A stretch of DNA of 64,000 nucleotides from assembly GCF_016433145.1 (NCBI RefSeq), contig NC_058130.1, forward strand, positions 143,768,034 to 143,832,033, in the 5' to 3' direction. A program made the position numbers and the translations under genes. Under the pieces are notes generated by a model. The model was not told where the DNA came from. It saw nothing but the letters and a program-made list of their open reading frames with translations, and did not search any database. Every line of letters begins with the position of its first letter. Within the stretch, counting starts at the first letter, position 1. Below, piece by piece: positions 21,945 through 34,700 of the stretch. This stretch comes from Gracilinanus agilis (Eukaryota).

Positions 21945-23395
21945 ATGGCTCTTGGACCGCTAGCGGTACTACTGGCGCTGACATTGCCGAGATTGACTTG
22001 GGGGGAGCCGGCCTCAGGTAATGGGGTTGGCAGACCAGGGGACACTGACTCCTGGCCGGAAAGTGTCCAGGGGTGGAGGAAGGTACTACGGACAGTTCTC
22101 TGTGGGTGAAGCGGGTCAGGGCGGGAGAGGATGGCTTTGGGGCACGCCTCCCCCGGTCCACTTCCGAAGCTGGGGTGCTGGAGGCGAAAGGAGGTCCCCC
22201 CCAATCTCTGCCCTACTTGGGTGAGGGTGGGGTGGAGGGGGGCACTCCACTTAATACACGTGGGCTTCTCAGACTCGGGACCGGTGAACACCCCGCCTCA
22301 TAATGACTTCACGCCCCAGTAATGTGAGGAGGAGGGGAAAAGGGGGGGGGTGTCGGCCCAGCTCCCGGGAATGAGTCACACAGGCTACGAGGTTGAAGGG
22401 GGGGGGGGCAAGAGTTGGACGTCTCCTTTAACGCCCCCCCATCTCCTTCTGTCCTGTGGTCTCCACCTCTCCCCCTACTACGGTGTCTCCGATGAAATTG
22501 TTCCACCGAACTTTAGGAACCAGGCATCCTGCCTTCTCAGCCCTTCCAAATCTAGCCCTTTCAGAACCCGAGTCCTGCCCCCTAGCCCTGCGGTCACCTG
22601 TCTGGAATGTCGGGAGGGGGGGCTCTGATGTCTGGCTTTTCTGACTCACCAGAAACTAGAGCTCCAGCCCTGACCTCAACCCCCGGAATAGCCCTGACCT
22701 CTCTCTCCTTACCTCCTCCCCCCCCAACCCATCCTGGGGAAGATAGTGTGGGAGGCTCCTTCCCTCAACTTTCTCCCCTTTTCTTCCCAGCACCCTCTCC
22801 GTGTCCCCAGGGCAGTTCTTGGAGCCCAGACCTGGACAAGTGCATGGATTGTTCCTCATGTCCAGCACGACCATACAGTGACTTCTGTCTTGGCTGTGAG
22901 TGGAAAGGGGGCCTGGAGGGAAATCAGGGATTTTTTTGGAAGGAGAGATGAAGATTGGCATTTAGAGAAGTGGACCAGGACAAGGTCTGAGAGGACACTA
23001 TTGTTTATGGTTTGTAAATCAGACTTTTGGAGAAAGTAGGCTAGGAACAGGTGGAAATTTGGGAAGCTAGTAGCAGTTGTAGGTTTGGGACCTTCATTGA
23101 CTTTCTTCTCCCTCTCCCCCAGGCACCACAGCACCTCCACCGGCTTTTCCTCTGCTGTGGCCAGTCTTGGGGGGTACACTAGGTCTGATGCTCATTATAG
23201 GGCTCCTTTCTGGCCTTCTCGTCTGGAGACAGTGCCGAAGGAAAGAGAAGTTCACCAGTAAGTATTCAACCTTCCTTGGCTCCTTTAGCTTTAACATTAC
23301 ATTTGAGGGCATTAATGATCTTATCTCCCTGACTTTTAGCCCCCATTGAAGAGACAGGTGGTGAAGGATGTCCAGGCACAGCTTTGATCCAGTAA
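21945..23395 (+). CDS. TNFRSF12A: TNF receptor superfamily member 12A (Fn14/TWEAKR), 4 coding exons, 122 aa
   Basis: Exons 21945-22017, 22791-22895, 23123-23257, 23340-23395; all GT-AG and in frame (369 nt). Signal peptide, single CRD CPQGSSWSPDLDKCMDCSSCPARPYSDFCLGC, TM segment, TRAF-binding PIEET tail ending ALIQ*. Confidence 0.97.
22368..22378 (+). promoter_or_regulatory. Overlapping TEAD (GGAATG) and AP-1 (TGAGTCA) motif in TNFRSF12A intron 1
   Basis: GGAATGAGTCA at 22368-22378, plus a second GGAATG near 22605. Function inferred. Confidence 0.5.
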
Positions 23396-24214
23396 TGGTG
23401 AGTCCCTCCTTTACTTCTACTATCCTTGACATCTCCCAAGACCAGCACACTTACTCTCATACTATCCTAGACTAGGCCATTTCATTTTCTGGATCTTAAA
23501 TGGGGGGAAGTAGGGGAGAGAATGGGAATAGAACTTTACCCTCTTGTGCCTTTTTATCCTCATTCATTCACTCATCCACCACTTATGAAGCATTTACTAA
23601 TTCACTAGGAGGTGGGAGGGGAAGATGTTTGCACAGAAATAACCCTGCCCTCAAAGAGCTTAAAATTGTTCTCTCTTTATGACAGATTTGACGTTCCCAA
23701 CTTTGTCTAGAATTGAGAGGATCTCACCTTCTTGGTGTTTGTTCTCCAATGAGATATCCCTCACACACATATACTTCTCGGACTCTACATTTCTCTTCAT
23801 ATACTCAGGAGAGAAGTAGGGACTCAAACCTGGGGTCTTATCCCAGGACTGCTCACAGGCTGAAGAATGCAGTATTTGCACAATGGGGTGTGGGGGTTCC
23901 CTCTCTCCCCAACAATTACACTGCCACCTCCTTCCCCTGGCAGCACTAGGGGCTCTGAGCCAAGAGATTATCCCTTAAGTAGAGGACGACAGATATAACA
24001 CTCAGGACTTTGATTTCAAGTCCTCTCAAATGCGCTGGGACAAGGCAGCTGTATCTTGTTGGGGGGCAGGGTACAGTGCTCTATCCCCCTAGGATAGAGG
24101 CTGGTCCTCTAGGGGAGCTGGCCCTGGGTTCTTCCCCCTTTGGCCAGCCTACAAGGATAGGGGAGATATTTATTTGGGGGAGCAAAGAGGGAGGGAGGGC
24201 ATAGAACATGTATA

Positions 24215-24220
24215 AATAAA
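24215..24220 (+). terminator. TNFRSF12A poly(A) signal
   Basis: AATAAA after the AU-rich GGAGATATTTATTTGGGG element, with a T-rich downstream tract. Further AATAAA at 24333 and 24562. Confidence 0.65.
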
Positions 24221-24595
24221 AGTTATTTTGATTTCAAATTTGATTCTCAACTTCATTTGAATGGAGACATAGACAGCTATCTCTCCCCCTCAGTACACGG
24301 TTGGCTGAACTCAGAGGTCTAAGTCTCCTCTTAATAAAGCTGGGCATCTCCATCCCCCTTTTTGGCTTAGTCCCCAACAGTTTCTCTGGCTGGAGCAGGG
24401 AAGAGTTTATGTGAGTCAGCCGGGGGTGGAGGCGGGGCCCTGACTCACACATTCTCAATGTCTGGGCGGGTCTAGCCCTGACTCGCTTTCCAGGGAAGAC
24501 TGAAAGGAACCTCGGCATCCGTTCCCTGGGGCCCCAACTCCCCAGACTGCTCCTCTCCTCCAATAAAGCTACTGGTCTTTTATCACCCAGTAATC

Positions 24596-24601
24596 TTTAT
24601 T
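24596..24601 (-). terminator. Candidate HCFC1R1 poly(A) signal
   Basis: TTTATT on plus, about 310 nt beyond the HCFC1R1 stop. Confidence 0.55.
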
Positions 24602-24907
24602 TTGATTTCACAAAGACCCCATCCCCAAAGATGTTCCTTATCCTCCAGAACAATCTATGGTTCTATTTCCTTGACCATCTCTTGAATTTGTATGTAGGTA
24701 AAAGACCTATCTCAAACTAGAGATTACAATTATCTATTTCTGTGTGCAATATGTGGGTGTCTAGACCCTCTTCCACGTCTTTGGTCTTTTGTGTCTGTGG
24801 CTTCCAGAGACAGCCAGATTCTGTCCATCTCCAACTCACGGAGTTGGGGTTAGGGTCACTGAGAGGCCAGAGTTCCTGAGGGACAGGGGCAGTTAGTTGC
24901 TTGAGGC

Positions 24908-27326
24908 TTAGAGTTCCATTGCCTCCCCACTATGGGGGTTGTGATTCTGGTATACCTGGGAGCCCCCCAGTCTCAGCAGACGAAGGGTTTCTGGGATTTG
25001 ATTTCCTGGATATTGCCAAAGCAGAAGCTCTGAGTGGGGATTCCTAGAAGCAAAAACTGAAGTCAGGGGAACTTGGTCCTATTATAAGTCTTACGTCTTT
25101 TCCCTCTTCCCATTTTCCAACACTTACAGGGCCAGCAGGAGGCTGGGGCAGAGGACCCCAAGATCCCCAGTTGAGTAAAGAGAGTCTTCCAAAGGCCTGT
25201 AGAGGAGGGGAAAAATTCAAAGTCAGCTAAATATGACAAGTGACATAAAAGTGATATAATTGGTCCTGAGGGGGTAGGATGGGCTAGAGCTAAGGCAGCT
25301 CTTGATTTGGGGCATAATCCCAAAATCTTATGAGTTGCACATAGAACCCAAACCCAAATGAATAGGCCTAATCATGTGAACACTGAGCATTTAGTGTGTC
25401 CATGGTCTTATACTAGAAATTGAAGATATAAAAATGAATGTCTTCATTCTAGTATGGGAGATAAGACAGAGACGCAACTAATTAAGGGAGAATTTGATAA
25501 GTGTATGAGCTGGAAGATGGCAGGAGATCCCAGTGAATGTTTTAAGCTGTCCAGTGTTATTACCTGATCACAGGTGGGGCTGGAGTGCCCATGGAGAAAG
25601 CTACTGATGGGCCACAGCAGGGGTGATCATTGTCCAGGCTGAGGTGGGAAAAATGGGAGATCATGTTGTCCTCAGACAGAAAATGCTTCTGAAGAGAGTC
25701 CCTGGAAAAAAAAAAGATCAGGAAATTGCCTGGGACAGAATACTTTTGGGAAAAAGATCACAAATTTAGAGCTAGAAGACACTGCAGATGTCATCTAGTA
25801 AATTTTGTAGAGGAGGAAACTTGGGATCCAGAGGTTAAATGTCAAGGTCAAATCTAGCACCTTTCACTGTACAATGCTATGTTTTTCTTAGGCCTGGGGA
25901 ATAGGGGAATACTAAGAGATAGGGCCCAAGGAGAAGAACCCAGGGGCCCAGGAGAAGAGAGGGAATTGGTTCCTGAGGATGAGAATTTTGGTAAATGGTA
26001 GGATAGGGAGAGGAGGGGAAGAGGGAACCACTTCCCCTTCCCTTAAACTCACTGATCCTCCTCCAGCAATTGACTGGTGCTCTGGGGCTGAATTCCTTGG
26101 GGAAGGGAGCTGTGGAAGAGATAAGAGTTAAAGCCTAAGTTCTTTTTTCTCAAGAACCAATATATTAGGGTTCTTGGGCTCTAAGACTTTTGCCCTATAA
26201 AAGACATCCAGACTTCAGGTCTGTAATCTTTAATCTAGGCCACATCCCCTCCTTCTCTTCCTTTCACTAGCTCTGCACCACATAATCCAGGGATTCATGT
26301 ATTCCTCTTTAGATTTGTACCACATATTCCAGGTACCCTGGCCCTAGCCTTCCATTCTTATTCCCTATAACCCAGGCATCCTAGTCATACATGTACATCC
26401 TCAGCTCTGTACCATCTAACCTGGGGAGTTAAGCCCCTTCAAACTCTACTCTGGATCATATATAGATGTGCTCATGTGTGTATAAAATCTAGGCATCCTA
26501 CTCTCTATTCTCAGGTATAACCCAGACAAAAGGCCTTCATTCCCAAATTTTATCAAATAACCAGAGGGCTCTGGTTCTTAAGTTGTCTAATATAGAAGTC
26601 TCAAACCTGAATGCAGCCTAATCCAGATCAAAATGTAATTGGGAAATATTTAATATAAAAATGCAATGAAATTAGATAATGTATTTTAAAACTAAGAATA
26701 GAAAAGGGACCCCCTTTCTATTTTGAATTTGACACTCCTATTCTAACATAAGACCCAGACATCCAAGGCCCTGGTTCTCAGCTTTGTGGATTATATAATA
26801 TACAGGAATCCAGATGCTCAGCCTTTACTTCTGGTGCTCGGTAATACAACTAGGGGCCCTTATAACTCATGCCAGAATTACATTAACTCCTGTATACTGG
26901 CCTTCAGTTCTATGTCCTGAAACCCGTGTATCCTGGCCCCTGATTCTTCACCTCTATTGTTTATAATTCTGGCATCTTGACTCCTGGTCATCATCAGCTC
27001 TGTAGCCAGGAAGCAAGGCGTTCCTGACCACTCCAGTACCCGTATCCAATCTACAATCCTGCTGAGTTGTGCGTACTGCAAGCAGCCCCGGTCCTGATTT
27101 ACAGCTCTGGGTGTCCTATAACCCTGGTTTCTAAGCCCCCAGTTCCCAACTCTGTACCCCATAACCCAGGCATCCGGGATATTCAGGATATCCCGGGGTC
27201 CCGCCTGTCCACTGCCCTCTGGGCCACACACCAGGCATCCAGAGTCCTGTCTGGCCCTTGTGCTTCCCTGGGGTCTTTCTGGGCCCCGGCCGGGCGGCCC
27301 AGATCCATGGGCGGCTGAAGGATCAT
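24908..27326 (-). CDS. HCFC1R1: Host cell factor C1 regulator 1 (HPIP), 4 coding exons, 141 aa
   Basis: Exons (minus) 27326-27232, 26109-26053, 25701-25564, 25043-24908; in frame (426 nt). MILQPP... / ...QKHFLSEDNMISHFSHLSLDNDHPC... / ...SELLLWQYPGNQIPETLRLLRLG...AMEL*. Syntenic position fits. Confidence 0.93.
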
Positions 27327-27960
27327 GGAGTTCCGAGGACCTGCTGGCAAGAAAGACTCGGAGCCCGCTGCCCCGGAGGCGAGGGACCGGGAGTCTCCTG
27401 ACTCCCGCGGCACCGCCACCAGCAGGCGTGTCTCCACTTCGGTGGGGAGGGGCCACTGAGCGGAAGAGGGCGGGCCTCACTGGAGACCGGTGGTTAAGCG
27501 GTCGCTACTACGCAAGCGCATAGTGCCGTCCGGCCGAGGCGCGCTCGCTGAGCGGGGACTTCGCGCAGGCGCGGGGAGCGGCGCGCGGCGGGACGGTGGG
27601 TCCGAGCCCGGCGGGCGAGAGGGGCCAGTCGTGCACGCGCAGGGAGAGGAGTTGGGGTTGGGACGTTGCGAAGCTTGCTGCGAGCCTTGGTAGCATTCAG
27701 TTCAGCAGGCTGAGTGCTCGTGGGGTCTTACAGAAGCCGGGGATCCATTCACGCCCATCGTAGGGGGCGGGGGCAGATGTGAAGGCGGAGTGTGCCGCGC
27801 GCCTTTGGATCGCGTCACTCGTCGGCGTCAAAGGCCCTTCTGGGAGCTGTAGTCTCATACCGAGGGGTGGGGCGCCATTCTCTCCACACGTCATCCTGTG
27901 GGAGGGGGTCTAGCCGGCATGGTGGGGTGCGGGCCGGCATCAAGGCCGAGGAAACAGGCT
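27180..27960. promoter_or_regulatory. CpG-island bidirectional promoter of HCFC1R1 and THOC6
   Basis: CpG-dense. TGGGAGCTGTAGT (27841-27853; ACTACAGCTCCCA on minus, ZNF143/THAP11-type), NRF1-like GCGCAGGCGC (27563-27572), ETS-like CGGAAG and GC boxes. Confidence 0.8.
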
Positions 27961-28287
27961 AAACAAAAATGGCAGCCAGAGGGAAGGAGATTAGAAGTCA
28001 GGAAAAACTTCCTGATTCGGAGGGATATGAGTTGTAGTGTAAATCAAAAATCTGCCTCCCCCAGAACGCTGCTTCCTGCGTCCCACTTTGCTCTCTCGGG
28101 GGGGCTGGGAGGAAGGGCCCTGATGGCCCTGTGGAGACTCAGGGCAGGAGTGCACTTGGTGGAGGGGGGGTTGGCGCAAGAGTTGGCCTGGTTCCAGGCA
28201 TAGGACTAGGAAGGGACCCAGCCCTCCGAGTGACCATTCTAGTTTGACAGGGGACTGTATATGACACCAGTGTCTGCTCCTCCCCAG

Positions 28288-31259
<2,972 letters not shown>

Positions 31260-31302
31260 CCCTCTTCTCCAAACTTCCCCTTCCCCATTTGTTAGGATCT
31301 AC

Positions 31303-31314
31303 TTTATTAATAAA
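31303..31314. terminator. Palindromic bidirectional poly(A) signal TTTATTAATAAA
   Basis: AATAAA on plus (31309-31314) 50 nt after the THOC6 stop, and AATAAA on minus (31308-31303) in the path of the BICDL2 3'UTR. Confidence 0.7.
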
Positions 31315-31747
31315 AAAAAAAAATGAAAACCATCTAATCCAGTTTGGTGACCTTCCCAGCTATAATCTCTCAGAAATGAAAGCCCAAGACGTCATATCCA
31401 TTTATATATTATTCTGTTAGACATTGTTATATAAATACCCTCTATGGTTTCTCCCAGCCACTGGCTAGGGGAAATTTATTATGATTTAGAAAAGATAAGC
31501 CTATGAATATGCAAAATAGACACTTCTGTGAGCTCTTTTGGAGAGGGGCAGGTTTGCCCTCCTCTAAGCCCTGCCTTGATTTGGAAGCTTTATCTGTCCC
31601 CACCTCTGCTGTGCTCCAGGAATCCAGGAGTATAACTACCTTCTGCCAGCCCATATCCCAATCATCGGCCCCTGTCAGCTTAAGTTCCCTGAACCCTTTC
31701 CAGAAAAGTCACCTCCAGACCACCATATGCAGCCCAAATGTCCCCCC

Positions 31748-34700
31748 TCAGGTCCTTCTGAAAAGGTTGGTGAAGAAGCTACCAGCCCCTGTCCCTCTTC
31801 CCAAGGAGAATCTTGTGGCACCATGGTGGGGGGTTGCCGCCTGGGAATTAAGCTCCTTTTGTCGCTGAGAACGAAGCTGCTGTCCAATTACTACCTGCAT
31901 ATCATCCTGAATAAAGGAGAGCAGGAAAGGGGTCAGGATGAGAAAAACTATTGGCTTCATTCCCCACATCCTTCCACCCATCAGGACTTGCCTCTCTTAC
32001 CTGCCAGGCTTCTAATTCCTGAGATAATGCTACCTTCTGTCGGATGGTTCTGAGTAATTCCCGAGAAAGAGAATCCCGTTCCAGGGAGACCCGGGTCAGT
32101 TCCAGAGAGAGGGCCATAGACCTATGTGGGAAATGGAGGATCACATAATATTCTTTGCAGTTAGTTCTGGGTAAAAACAAGATAGGAAAAAGTATGGCAG
32201 CTGTGGGTTTTTTCCATCCAGCTAAAGATTTTTGAGGCAAAATTATAGTCAGTTTATTGACATCTAGGATTAGAACCTAAGGTTTCTGACTGAATTTGGT
32301 GCCTTTCTAACATATTAAGCTATCCTGGGAATAAGGACATAGAGAGAGCTGGGTCCTTGCAGAAGATAAAGATGGACTTACTTGTTCACAGCTTCATCAC
32401 GATCAGAGAATGCCCTATTCAGTGCAGACTCAGGGTCTTTCTCTTCCCTTAGTTCCTTTTGTCTCTGGAGTTCTTCCCGGAGAGACTGCAACTCTTCCCC
32501 CTGCAAAGATAACTTGGGGGGAGGGGGAGGCAGGAGAGACATTTGGTGTTCTAAAACCCATAGATGATTCTGTGCTAAGATCTAGATGACTCTCATCCTG
32601 ATCCTCAAAGCTTGTCTGGTCTACTTAATGGTTCCTACTCCCCAGTCCCTCTTAGCCTTAAGCTTAATTCAGCTTACCTCATTTTGTAGCCGGTCCATTT
32701 CCACCTCCTTCTCTTCCAGCATTTCTCTAGGACTCATGGGGGCCCGCTTCTTAGGGGGCTCCAAGCTGTCTTCTGGAGGAGATTGGGATTCTGGTGGAGA
32801 TTGGGGTTCTGGTGAGTTCTGGAGATTGGGGTTGTGGCTCTCCTAAGAACCAAGGTGGGGAATTAATTAAGAAAAAAAAAAAAAAGAACCAAGGGAAAAG
32901 GATGGCTTGGCCTATGATTTTTTGTTTGTTTGTTTGTTTTTTTAATTTTTTTAAACCCTTAACTTCTGTGTATTGACTTATAGGTGGAAGATTGGTAAGG
33001 GTAGGCAATGGGGGTCAAGTGACTTGCCCAGGGTCACACAGCTGGGAAGTGTCTGAGGCCGGATTTGATTGGCCTATGATTTTTCATTCTTTTTGGCTGG
33101 TTGATTTTTCATTAGTCTATTTACCAGAATCTCTAATAAGGAAGAGAAGATTAATTTTCTTTATCAGGGTAGGGCCCTTGACTAAAGTGCCCTTGTCAAT
33201 AAACCAGGTATAGGGGCAGCTGGGTAGCTCAGTAGATTGAGAGTCAGGCCTAGAGACGGGAGATCCTAGGTTCAAATCCAGCCTCAGACACTTCCCAGCC
33301 GTGTGACCCTGGGCAAGTCACTTGACCCCCATTGCCCACCCTTACCACTCTTCCACCTAGGAGCCAATGCACAGAAGTTAAGGGTTTAAATAAATAAATA
33401 ACTAAATAAACCAGCCATAAAATTTAGCCCCAAAAGTCTTCACTTTGAATTTGTATTATGGATGAAAATCTTAATGAAACCACTTACAGTAGTTTGGCTA
33501 CTCAAAGAGGAACTGATTCTTAGAGAGAATATAAGTACAAGCTGAATGAAGCCTATAGTTTCAGGAGACTAGGCATAAAGTGAGTACCTAGTGTACCCAG
33601 TTCAGTAAGATCCTGCCCCAAACCAGTTTAGTGGTATTAATTTTTGTTGGCTATTACCTGTTCCTACCTTGTGACCTGAGGAATCCTCAGAAGGGGCAAG
33701 TTTTGATCAGAGCTCACCTGGGGTTCCCCTGGAAGTTGAGAGTCTCCTTCTTCATCTAGGCTGTGGGCAATCTCTGATTGCAGGGAGGCCCCAGAGACTT
33801 CTGAATCTTGGAGCCGGGATTCCTCTTCAAGCTCAGAGACTCGGTGCTGGAGACATCTGAGGGATACTAGTGCTTCCCTGGCCTCTGAGTGGGCCCGTTC
33901 TAGCTAATGACAGTGCAAAGGGACAATTCAATCAGCAACCAAGTCTTAATTGTCTTAGCATCTCTCCCAGATCCCAGCATAGAATCCTACATAATCCTTT
34001 TATATTTGCCTGATTGATTTCACTAGACCACTCATTCTAGCAGTTTTCCAAGCCTTTTTGATACCCGCTCCCACCCTTCAGCTGAGAACTTTATCTTGTA
34101 TTTCAATGAAAAGAGCTGAGGCCATATGACAAAAGCATCTTCTCCCCTTATCACTCTACCTTCTGCCACTATCTGTTCCACCCCTCTCTCACCTGAAGAG
34201 GCAGCCCTTCTCCTAGCCCTCTACATGCACAAATGATCATCCTGTCATTCCATCCTCTCTTTCCCAACAGACTGCCCCCTCCATTATTTTCTGCCTCTCA
34301 CTACTCTTCAGTGAGGCAGCTAGTTGACACAATGGATAGACCACTGGGCCTGGAATCAGGAAGACCCAAGTTCAGATTTGGCCTTCAGATTAATAGCTAT
34401 TTGTTCCTGGGCAAGCCACTTAATCTCTGCTTACCTCAGTTTCATAACACCTACATCTAGGGTAGTAAGGGTGAACTGTGATCATTGTAAAGAGCTTAGC
34501 AGAGTCCTCGGCATATAGCACTATGGAAATGTTCACTATTATTATTCAATCTCTTGTCTAGTGGAAGCTTTCCTATTGCCAGCAAAGACCATGTCTTCAT
34601 CCTCAAAAAACCCTCCCTTGATCTGCCCCATCATCACTAACTATTGTCATATGTTTCTCTTCCCTTTTATGGCAAAACTCTTTGAGAAGTCTATATACAA

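Noticed and set aside
21620-22291. Overlapping 125-145 aa ORFs around TNFRSF12A exon 1
   Set aside because: Stop-poor CpG-island frames. Only 21945-22017 fits the spliced receptor.
24240-24610. LTR-like look (AATAAA followed by ...CA, repeated ttattttgatttca)
   Set aside because: No TG start, TSD, PBS or PPT could be identified. Poly(A) regions of the two convergent genes explain it more simply.
24908-24960. Suspected frameshift in the last HCFC1R1 exon
   Set aside because: Recounting the G-runs shows the frame is intact and ends GEAMEL*.
26878-27480. 200-aa minus-strand ORF across HCFC1R1 exon 1
   Set aside because: It is in a different frame from the conserved protein, low-complexity, and lacks any homology cue.
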